A DNA stretch of 64,000 bases. It comes from an uncultured Gammaproteobacteria bacterium. GTDB lineage: Bacteria; Patescibacteriota; Microgenomatia; UBA8517. Location: positions 7,255 through 71,254 of the forward strand of contig CAZAXL010000005.1 in assembly GCA_964489145.1 (NCBI GenBank), read 5' to 3'. The position numbers and the translations under genes are program-made. The notes below the pieces were generated by a model. The model was not told the origin of the DNA and did no database searches. It saw only the letters and a program-made list of their open reading frames with translations. Of this stretch, positions 56,510 to 64,000 are shown in pieces (the stretch's first letter is position 1; each line of letters begins with the position of its first letter).

Positions 56510-56767
56510 ATGGCAAAGAAAAAAGACAACAAAAAAAGAAGAAGACAAATTGAGATAGTAGTTCCCCGGAATTGCCCTTTTTGCAAAAGCAAAACCATGC
56601 CGGACTATAAAGAAGTTGATGTGCTTGCGAGATATATGAATGATCGCGCAAAAGTGTTGGGAAAGTCCAGAACCGGAATTTGTGCCAAACATCAAAGAAG
56701 AATTTCCTTGGCCATTAAAAGAGCAAGGCACCTAAGTCTTCTTCCTTACACCCCGTCGTTGGACTAA
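56510..56767 (+). CDS. rpsR: 30S ribosomal protein S18
   Basis: 'CPFC', 'MPDYKEVDVLARYMNDRAKVLGKSRTGICAKHQRRISLAIKRAR'. Confidence 0.9.
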   Translation: MAKKKDNKKRRRQIEIVVPRNCPFCKSKTMPDYKEVDVLARYMNDRAKVLGKSRTGICAKHQRRISLAIKRARHLSLLPYTPSLD

Positions 56768-56822
56768 TCTCCATTAAATTTAAGTCTTGAGTAGATCAAA
56801 TCTTAAGGGTAATATGTATTTT

Positions 56823-58058
56823 ATGTCTGCAAAGATTAATTTTCTAAAGGCCAGAAAAATAATACTGTCGGTGTTTATCTTGGTTGCTGTTTTTACCGGC
56901 GGGTATTTTCTCGGCGTAGAGGGTTATAAAGCCGAAGTAACAAAGGCACTGAACGTTACGGTTAGTAGGCAGCTTCCTCCCGACAAGAACATAGACTTTT
57001 CTCTTTTTTGGCAGGTTTGGGATTTGATGACCCAAAAATATTACGATAAATCCAAGCTTATTCCATCTCAAATGATTTACGGAGCAATTGAGGGAATGGT
57101 TGCCTCAGCCGGGGATCCTTATACCACCTTTCTTCCTCCGGTACAGAATAAAATTGTAAACGAGGACTTGAGCGGATCTTTTGGTGGGGTTGGAATAGAA
57201 ATAGGCTATAGGGGGGGACACTTGGCGGTAATAGCTCCTCTTCACGGTACCCCTGCCGAAAAAGCCGGTGTTAAAGCGGGGGACTTCATAGTGAAAATTA
57301 CCGATAAGGCAAAAAATGTGGATTTGGATAGCACTAACATGAGCACCAGCGATGCAGTTACTTACATTAGGGGTGTTGCTGGAACAAAAGTCACTTTGAC
57401 CCTGGTGCGCGAAGGGGTACCCGATCCGATTGTTGTTGAATTATCCAGAGAAAAAATCAACGTTCCCTCTGTCACCTTGACATGGATTGGTGATGAAGGG
57501 AACATCGCTGATATTAAAATCAGTAAATTCGGTGCGGAAACCAAAGGTGAGTGGAATAAAGCAGTATCTCAAATTTTGGAAAAGAGCGATGTAAAAGGAG
57601 TGATAGTTGATCTTAGGAATAATCCCGGCGGCTATCTTCAGGCGGCTGTCGATCTGGCCTCGGATTTTGTTCCGATAGGAACAACAGTGGTTATTCAACA
57701 AAACGGTGACGGGACCAGGCAAGAATATAAATCAAATTCTTTACCAAGACTTGAAAATTACCAGGTGATTATCCTTATAAACGGAGGAAGCGCTTCAGCG
57801 TCCGAAATTTTGTCCGGTGCCCTGAGAGACAATAAAGGAATTAAGCTTGTTGGCGATAAAAGCTTTGGAAAAGGAACAATACAAGAGCCAATTGATATAA
57901 ACGGTGGCAGCGGAATACATGTAACTACCGCAAAATGGCTGACTCCGGACGGAACCTGGATTCATGAAAAAGGACTGATTCCTGATGTGGAAGTGGCCAA
58001 TGCCGATGACGCGACGGAAGACATCCAACTTAATGCGGCAATAAAACTCTTTAATTAG
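56823..58058 (+). CDS. ctpA: Carboxyl-terminal processing protease (S41) with PDZ
   Basis: 'GVGIEIG', PDZ, 'VDLRNNPGG', 'GGSASASE'. Start uncertain; the ORF track begins at 56787. Confidence 0.85.
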   Translation: MSAKINFLKARKIILSVFILVAVFTGGYFLGVEGYKAEVTKALNVTVSRQLPPDKNIDFSLFWQVWDLMTQKYYDKSKLIPSQMIYGAIEGMVASAGDPYTTFLPPVQNKIVNEDLSGSFGGVGIEIGYRGGHLAVIAPLHGTPAEKAGVKAGDFIVKITDKAKNVDLDSTNMSTSDAVTYIRGVAGTKVTLTLVREGVPDPIVVELSREKINVPSVTLTWIGDEGNIADIKISKFGAETKGEWNKAVSQILEKSDVKGVIVDLRNNPGGYLQAAVDLASDFVPIGTTVVIQQNGDGTRQEYKSNSLPRLENYQVIILINGGSASASEILSGALRDNKGIKLVGDKSFGKGTIQEPIDINGGSGIHVTTAKWLTPDGTWIHEKGLIPDVEVANADDATEDIQLNAAIKLFN

Positions 58059-58105
58059 CTGTTGTATTAATTGACTGATAACAGCCGTTAAACGATAATT
58101 GGGTT

Positions 58106-59248
58106 ATGAAAAAGATTGGTTTGAAAAAAATCTTGGTTTTTGTGGCGTTGATAACAGTGGTTATAGCTGCAGCAACCTCCGGTGCGGTAGCCGATAGACT
58201 TTTTGGATTTAAACTCCTGGACAAATTCTTTCCCAAGCTTTCCGGTGTCGTTCAAGAGAGAATAGTTACGGAAAGCAGTGACGTTGTTGAGGTTGTCAAA
58301 AAGGTCGGACCTTCAGTTGTAACTGTTTCGGCCACAGCTCCGGTAAGACAGGTAATTCAATTTTCACCGTTCAGTGGTTTTACAAGCGGTACACAAGGTG
58401 GAAAAGAGCAGGATATCGGGAGCGGCTTTGTTGTTTCCTCCGATGGCTTGATAATAACCAATAAACATGTAGTTGCCGATGCCACCTTGAGTTATAAAGT
58501 GTCAACATCGGACGGCAAGACATATGATGTCGGACAGATAAGCCGGGATCCGAATAATGATATTGCTGTAATTAAAATTGATGCCTCGGGACTTACTCCG
58601 GTTGATCTGGGTGATTCCTCAAATTTGCAAGTGGGGCAGTTTGTAATTGCAATAGGAACCGCCCTGGGAGAGTTTAGAAATACTGTTACAACGGGAGTTA
58701 TTTCAGGACTTGGGCGTGGAATTGATGCAGGGAACAGTTTTCAGGGTTATGTTGAACGGTTGGATAATGTAATTCAGACAGATGCAGCCATAAATCCGGG
58801 TAATTCCGGCGGTCCGCTTTTAAACTCGGCAGGCCAGGTAATCGGAATAAATGTGGCAGTAGCCGAGGGGGCCAATAACATTGCTTTTTCGATCCCAATA
58901 AATACGGTAAAAGAAGCCTTGAATGTATTTAAAACCACCGGAAAGTTTCCTGCCAAGGCCTATCTCGGAGTTGGGTATCAGGTTATTTCTCAACAAATTG
59001 CACTCCTTAATCAGGTGCCTCAAGGAATGTATGTTGTAAATGTGGTTTCTGATTCTCCCGCAGAAAAAGCCGGAATTCAGGTGGGGGATATAATTTTCAA
59101 AATTGATGGAAATGCGGTTGGGGACAATAGCGAGGCTTTGAGTACGATAATTTCCGGTAAAAAACCCGGAGATGCAATCTTACTTGATATTTGGAGAAAT
59201 GGAGAAACCAAGAACGTTAATGTTACTCTAACAGAAATAGCTCAGTAA
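58106..59248 (+). CDS. htrA: HtrA/DegP family serine protease with PDZ
   Basis: 'ITNKHV', 'DIAVIKI', 'GNSGGPLLN'. Confidence 0.9.
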   Translation: MKKIGLKKILVFVALITVVIAAATSGAVADRLFGFKLLDKFFPKLSGVVQERIVTESSDVVEVVKKVGPSVVTVSATAPVRQVIQFSPFSGFTSGTQGGKEQDIGSGFVVSSDGLIITNKHVVADATLSYKVSTSDGKTYDVGQISRDPNNDIAVIKIDASGLTPVDLGDSSNLQVGQFVIAIGTALGEFRNTVTTGVISGLGRGIDAGNSFQGYVERLDNVIQTDAAINPGNSGGPLLNSAGQVIGINVAVAEGANNIAFSIPINTVKEALNVFKTTGKFPAKAYLGVGYQVISQQIALLNQVPQGMYVVNVVSDSPAEKAGIQVGDIIFKIDGNAVGDNSEALSTIISGKKPGDAILLDIWRNGETKNVNVTLTEIAQ

Positions 59249-59250
59249 AA

Positions 59251-59964
59251 TCACTGAATACTCCGGGTTAGTTCTACGACCTTTTCCAATTCACCGTCCA
59301 TAATAGCCTCAAGTTTGCCCCAATTTTTACCGATTCTGTGGTCAGTGAGCCTGTCCTGGGGAAAATTGTAAGTGCGTATTTTTTCTGACCTCATTCCACG
59401 GCCTATAACTGAACGATAGCCGGCAACAGTGCGCATTTTCTCGGCTTCCTGGCGCTCCCAAAGACGGGACCTGAGCAGGGAAAGCGCTATTTGGCGGTTT
59501 TGCTCTTGGAACCTCTCCTCGCGGGCTTCTGCGACGGTACCGGTGGGTTTATGGACAAGTCTCACTGCTGTTGAAACTTTATTTACGTTCTGGCCTCCGT
59601 GGCCTCCGCCTGTGGTAAAGCTCCATTCCAGGTCATTGGGGTTTATCTGAATTTCGGTTTCTTTAATTTCGGGAAGTACAACCACTGTAGCAGTGGATGT
59701 GTGGATTCTACCTCTTTTTTCGGTTACAGGTACTCTTTGCACACGGTGTACACCGGATTCGTTTTTGAGGCTGTCAAAAGCTCCAAACCCTGAAATTTTT
59801 ATAGTATTGTCAGATACGGAGTATACTTTCCAGCCAATTTTCACGGCAAAACGTATATACATGCGAAGTAAATCTTGCCCCCAAAGCTTAGCCTCGTCAC
59901 CGCCAGTGGCACCCCTGATTTCTAAATAGACTACCTGGAGTTGATTATTATTCATACTGCCCAA
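59251..59964 (-). CDS. prfA: Peptide chain release factor 1, lacking N-terminal domain 1
   Basis: Begins at 'YLEIRGATGGDEA'. 'PVTEKRGRIHTS' is the RF1-type PxT motif; 'GGQNVNK' is the GGQ. 237 aa. rpmE abuts upstream. Confidence 0.75.
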   Translation of the reverse strand: MGSMNNNQLQVVYLEIRGATGGDEAKLWGQDLLRMYIRFAVKIGWKVYSVSDNTIKISGFGAFDSLKNESGVHRVQRVPVTEKRGRIHTSTATVVVLPEIKETEIQINPNDLEWSFTTGGGHGGQNVNKVSTAVRLVHKPTGTVAEAREERFQEQNRQIALSLLRSRLWERQEAEKMRTVAGYRSVIGRGMRSEKIRTYNFPQDRLTDHRIGKNWGKLEAIMDGELEKVVELTRSIQ

Positions 59965-59970
59965 ATCCGA

Positions 59971-60276
59971 TTATTTACCCCTGAGCTCGGCAAGCGATTC
60001 CGGCCTGGTTGCTTCTTCTTGAAGTTTCTTAAGTTTTTTAACCATTCTCTTCTCGGTTTTTGTGATATGTTTTTTGGCACCTGCCATTCTGGCTTTAAAG
60101 GCGTCGACTCTACCTGCGGTGTCTACGAACTTCATCTGTCCTGTATAGAAAGGATGACAGTTATAACAGACATCAACACGAATTTCAGGAACGGTTGCTC
60201 CCGTTGTAAATACGTTGCCGCAAGCACAAGTGACCTTGGCTTCAGGGAACCATTTTGGGTGAATTGTGGCCTTCAT
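59971..60276 (-). CDS. rpmE: 50S ribosomal protein L31
   Basis: 'MKATIHP', 'CACGN...CYNCHPFYTG'. Confidence 0.9.
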   Translation of the reverse strand: MKATIHPKWFPEAKVTCACGNVFTTGATVPEIRVDVCYNCHPFYTGQMKFVDTAGRVDAFKARMAGAKKHITKTEKRMVKKLKKLQEEATRPESLAELRGK

Positions 60277-60279
60277 AAC

Positions 60280-61194
60280 TTAGGAATTATACCTTTTTTT
60301 CTTCACTTGGGCAAGGGTAACCCCAGCCGCTATTAGAAGGCCTCCGACGATAAAAGGCGTACCGATTTTCTCTCCCAGCCAAAAAACCGACAATGGTGCG
60401 CCGAAAAGAGGGTAGAGGTAGCTGATAAGGTTGACCTCTCCGATCTCGATTGTCTTTTCGGCTTTGTGCCAGAGAAAGTAAGCCAGAGTTCCGGATAAAA
60501 GTGCCATATAGAAAACTCCAAGGTGATACCTTACGGGTGTGGTAAGAATCTCCGAGATAATGTTTTTCCCCGAATTTACGGCAAAAACAATAGGCAACAT
60601 AGTAATAAAACCGATAATAAAAGATATATTTGTAGCAAAAACAGCATCAACATTGTCCCTGAGAATTATTTTGGCAAATATTGCGGTTACCGCACCAACC
60701 ATCACGGAGGCTAAAACTAAAAGATTTCCTTCGAGCCCACCGAAGCCATTATTAAGTTTAAGTATGGGCTCAACTATAGTAATAAGAGTTCCCATAAGTG
60801 CAATCAGAATTCCAACACTTTCCCTTTTGGTGATATGTTCCTTTAGGAAGAAAACTCCGGCAACGGCAATAACAATGGGGGACGCGGCAGAAATTAAGTT
60901 GGAATTAATTGAGGTGGTCTTGTCGATGCCCAGGAAAAGAAGTCCAATCGAAACCGTTGAGAGTAAAAACCCATTTAAAAGTGTTATGGCCAAAATTTTA
61001 GGTTTTTTGGGAAACTTTATGCCGGTAAATGCAAAAATGGCAAAGGCAACGATTGCCGAAATAAAAAATCTGTAGGTTAAAAAGACGGCGGAGGAAAAAC
61101 CCTCCAGGGTATATTTAATGATAGGACCGGCGCTTCCCCAAATGACGGCAACTATAAGAAGTTCTATATAAACGCGTTTTCGGGCAGGGCTCAT
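60280..61194 (-). CDS. EamA/DMT-family transporter
   Basis: 10 TM, duplicated EamA halves. Confidence 0.8.
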   Translation of the reverse strand: MSPARKRVYIELLIVAVIWGSAGPIIKYTLEGFSSAVFLTYRFFISAIVAFAIFAFTGIKFPKKPKILAITLLNGFLLSTVSIGLLFLGIDKTTSINSNLISAASPIVIAVAGVFFLKEHITKRESVGILIALMGTLITIVEPILKLNNGFGGLEGNLLVLASVMVGAVTAIFAKIILRDNVDAVFATNISFIIGFITMLPIVFAVNSGKNIISEILTTPVRYHLGVFYMALLSGTLAYFLWHKAEKTIEIGEVNLISYLYPLFGAPLSVFWLGEKIGTPFIVGGLLIAAGVTLAQVKKKRYNS

Positions 61195-61195
61195 A

Positions 61196-61238
61196 GCACT
61201 AATTATGAATGATGAATTACAAATTATGAATAGGGAGC
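61196..61238 (-). promoter_or_regulatory. Direct 'ATTCATAATT' repeats with a CATAAT box 8 nt before the EamA ATG
   Basis: Minus sense 'TATTCATAATTTGTAATTCATCATTCATAATTAGTGCT-ATG'. Confidence 0.35.
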
Positions 61239-62144
61239 TTAAATTAAGTCGATGATACGGTCAATTCCGAATGAAAAACCAACCGCGGGAATAGTACGGC
61301 CGGCAAACATTCCAATCAGATTGTCATAACGTCCTCCGCCACCCACAGAAAGTCCTCCCGAAGTTTTATCCAGTTTAAGCTCAAAAATTGTCGAGGTGTA
61401 GTAGTCCAAACCCCGAGCAAGAAACGGATTGAAGACAAAATCAACATTTTCTTTGAACCCTTTAATTTTAAGTTCTTCGAAAATTTTAGTCAGTCTCTCT
61501 GTTTTATCGGATTTTTCCAGATCGGCAAACATGTTTTCGGCATCGTCCAAATTAATTTCTTTTAAGAGTGCGACAACCTGGTCACGCCCGATTTTATCAA
61601 TTTTATCAATTGATCTGATTCCTTCTTTGGAAAAGCCGATTTTGTCAAAAAGTTCACGGTCATTTACTTGCAAAATGGCATCAGTTAGTCCGATAGCACG
61701 CGATCCCTCGATTGTTGCAGAAATTACCTTTACATCTTCGGAAACATCACTTGACCCTACAGAATCAAGGTCGAACTGAGTAAACTCTCGCTTACGGCCC
61801 TTTTGGGGATTTTCCCCTCTAAAAACTTGGCCTATTTGGTATCTGGAAAAAGTTGGTTTAAGAAGACCAATATTATTGGCAATAAAACGGGCCAAAGGAA
61901 CAGTTAAATCATATCTTAAAGCAAGTTCCCTTCCGCCTTTGTCTTCAAATTTATAGATCAATTTTTCGTCTTCGCCGTATTTTCCCAGAAGAGTATCTGC
62001 AAACTCGACGATTGGGGTTTCAAGCGGTTCAAAACCATATTTTTCGAGAATAGGGGCAATAGCGTTTATCATAAAACGCCTTTTCTTGGCCTCGGCGGGT
62101 AAAATATCGCCAAAGCCTTTTGGTGTAACAGGACCCTTTTGCAT
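61239..62144 (-). CDS. Histidyl-tRNA-synthetase catalytic-core protein without anticodon-binding domain (HisS/HisZ-like)
   Basis: 'RYDLTVPLARF', 'FRGENPQKGRKREFTQFDLD', 'GGGGRYDNL', 'GFSFGIDR'. Ends at 301 aa. Confidence 0.7.
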   Translation of the reverse strand: MQKGPVTPKGFGDILPAEAKKRRFMINAIAPILEKYGFEPLETPIVEFADTLLGKYGEDEKLIYKFEDKGGRELALRYDLTVPLARFIANNIGLLKPTFSRYQIGQVFRGENPQKGRKREFTQFDLDSVGSSDVSEDVKVISATIEGSRAIGLTDAILQVNDRELFDKIGFSKEGIRSIDKIDKIGRDQVVALLKEINLDDAENMFADLEKSDKTERLTKIFEELKIKGFKENVDFVFNPFLARGLDYYTSTIFELKLDKTSGGLSVGGGGRYDNLIGMFAGRTIPAVGFSFGIDRIIDLI

Positions 62145-62284
62145 AATAGTTATTATATATCAGTTTGAGAGTAATAAAAAACCTCCCGGTCTTTGTCCCG
62201 ACAAATATCGGGACAAGGAACGAGAGGTTTGACTCACAAAGGGGCATTATATCAGTATTTAAGAAAACTGCAAGTATTTGGCCC

Positions 62285-62414
62285 TTTATCCCCCTTCGCG
62301 AATACCCCGGGCGTGAGCCCGCGGGTAAGCGAAGTGGTTTCGCTTCGGAGGGATTCCGCTCCCGACGAAGCGCTGGGAGAAGATACCCCGACCGTAAGGT
62401 CGTGGGGAGCTTCA
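62285..62414. repeat. About 130-nt dispersed structured repeat, copy B
   Basis: About 90% identical to 47313-47439. Its last 3 nt form the TGA stop of the minus-strand gene 62412..63392. Confidence 0.8.
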
Positions 62415-63392
62415 GTCCTCTTTAAGAAGATTGAAAAGCGAACGTGTAAGAGCCGGAGTGCCTGTCATGTCGGAAACCATAACCAAAGTGTCCGATGAAG
62501 AAATATCAGCCAGCTTGATTTGTTTTATTTTCCCGTCAGAAAAAGATTCGATGCTTGTGTTTTTATCGGGTGTAATGGTTGTTGTCTGGCCTTCTTTTTC
62601 AGAAACAAGAGTCAGGGATTTTTTGGTGACATCATTAACTTTTTGTATCGATACACTGATTTTTGTCTCGACAGGGGAGTCTGTAACAAGAATTCTTTGG
62701 GCATCGAGTACATCGTCTCCGTCAACGTATCCCATCGCAACTATAAAATCTCCGATTGCAATATCTGTCAGTTTTACAGTTTTATTATTTGTTCCTTTGG
62801 TGTTTACAACGACAACATCCGATCCACCTGTTTCGATTTGCTGGATTTGTCTGTCGGTGGTTTTTATTTGAATTGTCGAATCGGCAATATCAGTCACAGT
62901 TCCGATATAGGCCTTGGGCGGATTTCCCGCCTGGGTAATTTTTTGGGCTACGGTTTCATTTTCGTCTGTTGGTGTTTGGAAAGAAGCCGAATATACGGTA
63001 AAAATTTCTTGTGTTGCAACATTTCCCTGTAGGTTTACCGAAGAAACTTTGATACTGTTAATTCCGGAGACAAGATCCACTTCTTTTGAAAAAGTTCCGT
63101 CATCAAGACTCTCCGTGAGGTAGTCTCCTTTTTCTGTTGAAATAACGACCAATGTTAAGGGTTTTGTAATACCGGAAATGCCTATAGAGCCTGATGTAAC
63201 AACATCGAAATTTTCAGGTTTATTAACAGTAATCATAAACTGACCGACGCTACCCTGGGAATTGGGGGTAGGTGTTGGTGCATTTTTGGATGTTATAGAT
63301 GAACGAACTCTCCAAGCACCAAATCCGATTATGAGTCCAAATAAAATTCCGATAACCCCAGCCCAAAGCAATTCTTTTCTCATTGAAACCAC
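62412..63392 (-). CDS. Hypothetical secreted/membrane-anchored protein
   Basis: N-terminal TM 'LLWAGVIGILFGLIIGFGAW', then a T/S-rich beta-like domain. Confidence 0.4.
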   Translation of the reverse strand: MVSMRKELLWAGVIGILFGLIIGFGAWRVRSSITSKNAPTPTPNSQGSVGQFMITVNKPENFDVVTSGSIGISGITKPLTLVVISTEKGDYLTESLDDGTFSKEVDLVSGINSIKVSSVNLQGNVATQEIFTVYSASFQTPTDENETVAQKITQAGNPPKAYIGTVTDIADSTIQIKTTDRQIQQIETGGSDVVVVNTKGTNNKTVKLTDIAIGDFIVAMGYVDGDDVLDAQRILVTDSPVETKISVSIQKVNDVTKKSLTLVSEKEGQTTTITPDKNTSIESFSDGKIKQIKLADISSSDTLVMVSDMTGTPALTRSLFNLLKED

Positions 63393-63519
63393 AATATAGT
63401 GTAAGATTCATTTTAAGTCAAATGTAAGAGGCGTTTTAAGTCAAGCCTGGTAGGAGTTAGGGTATTGATTAGGTTTTCCGGATTTGCTAGAGTGCACTGA
63501 GAATTACTAATACGCAATA

Positions 63520-64000
63520 ATGGAAATAACTTATTTAGGACATTCAAGCTTTAGGATTAAAACCAAATCTGCTACGGTTATTACAGACCCTTTTGATCCC
63601 AAAATGGTCGGCCTGAAAAATTCAGGGGGAGAGGCCGAAATAGTTACCGTTTCCCATCAGCACTCTGACCACAATTCTATTGAAAAAATTTCGGGAGTTA
63701 AAAAGGTGATTGAAGGACCGGGCGAGTATGAAATAAAAAGCGTTTCAATAATCGGATATCAATCGTTTCATGATGACAAAAAAGGGGAGGAACGAGGCAA
63801 AAACACCATTTATGTGTTTGAGACGGAGGGGCTTAGAATTGCACATCTAGGGGATTTGGGACATGCGCTGAGTGATGATTTGGTAAGCGAAATGGGGTCA
63901 ATAGATATTTTGATGATTCCTGTTGGGGGATTCTATACAATCGGTCCCAAAGAGGCAGTGGAAATAGCCTCGAAAATTGACCCTTATTTTATTTTACCGA
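63520..64000 (+). CDS. MBL-fold metal-dependent hydrolase (UPF0173-like), 3'-truncated by window end
   Basis: 'MEITYLGHSSFRIKT', 'VSHQHSDH'. The ORF runs off the window. Confidence 0.6.
   Translation, partial: MEITYLGHSSFRIKTKSATVITDPFDPKMVGLKNSGGEAEIVTVSHQHSDHNSIEKISGVKKVIEGPGEYEIKSVSIIGYQSFHDDKKGEERGKNTIYVFETEGLRIAHLGDLGHALSDDLVSEMGSIDILMIPVGGFYTIGPKEAVEIASKIDPYFILP

Noticed and set aside
59251-60000. Programmed +1 frameshift (prfB-type) to explain the short release factor
   Set aside because: The protein has the RF1 PxT motif, not the RF2 SPF motif. The upstream sequence is occupied in frame by rpmE, so there is no room for an N-terminal exon.
1-64000. Alternative genetic code (UGA recoding as in SR1/Gracilibacteria)
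   Set aside because: Conserved genes are intact under the standard code. TGA is used as an apparent stop, for example at the gene ending at 62412.
1-64000. CRISPR arrays, rRNA genes, transposases
   Set aside because: No regularly spaced direct repeats, no rRNA-like conserved blocks and no DDE or serine-recombinase ORFs were recognised by eye.

Overview
AT-rich bacterial chromosomal segment, densely packed and mostly housekeeping. The minus strand carries the secE-nusG-(98-aa ORF)-rplK-rplA-rplJ-rplL ribosomal cluster. Other ribosomal and translation genes are rpmG, rpmB, rpmE, rpsU, rpsB-tsf-frr, rpsF-ssb-rpsR, fmt-def, proS and cysS. A HisRS catalytic-core-only protein and an RF1 lacking domain 1 are also present. 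Four tRNAs lie on the minus strand: Trp-CCA, Thr-GGT, Tyr-GTA and Thr-TGT. Envelope genes include mreB, PBP2, an O-antigen-ligase-like/TPR membrane protein, ctpA, htrA, rseP and a second M50 protease. DNA metabolism genes are dnaX-ybaB-recR, topA, dprA and rnhB. A nucleotide/thymidylate block runs dCMP deaminase, a P-loop kinase, MazG, a deoxynucleoside kinase, tmk, glyA and folD. There is an OmpR-type two-component pair, a VKOR homologue, a class II Fic protein and two NUDIX hydrolases. Reductions and oddities suggest a small-genome lineage such as Candidate Phyla Radiation/Patescibacteria; this is an inference. They are a 150-aa EF-Ts, no pyrH between tsf and frr, a 237-aa RF1, a Lys-rich N-terminal extension on L1, and many -10-like boxes close to start codons. 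The most unusual content is two separate ATP-grasp amidoligase clusters, five ATP-grasp genes within 17 kb, flanking the L11-L7/L12 operon. Cluster 1 has a 7TM membrane protein, an ATP-grasp fused to a retropepsin-like (DTGA) domain, and two RimK-like ATP-grasps. Cluster 2 has two Ddl-like ATP-grasps around a papain/C39/BtrH-like peptidase, next to gmd and a cytidylyltransferase. Several unannotated structured repeats are also visible. Each tRNA-Thr has a self-complementary partial copy of its own 5' half directly upstream. A 127-130-nt dispersed repeat occurs twice. A 55-nt stop-hairpin-SD-start cassette is shared by the rplK/rplA and def/fmt junctions. An AT-rich motif appears in intergenic regions and in-frame inside rnhB. 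No CRISPR array, rRNA or clear transposase was seen.
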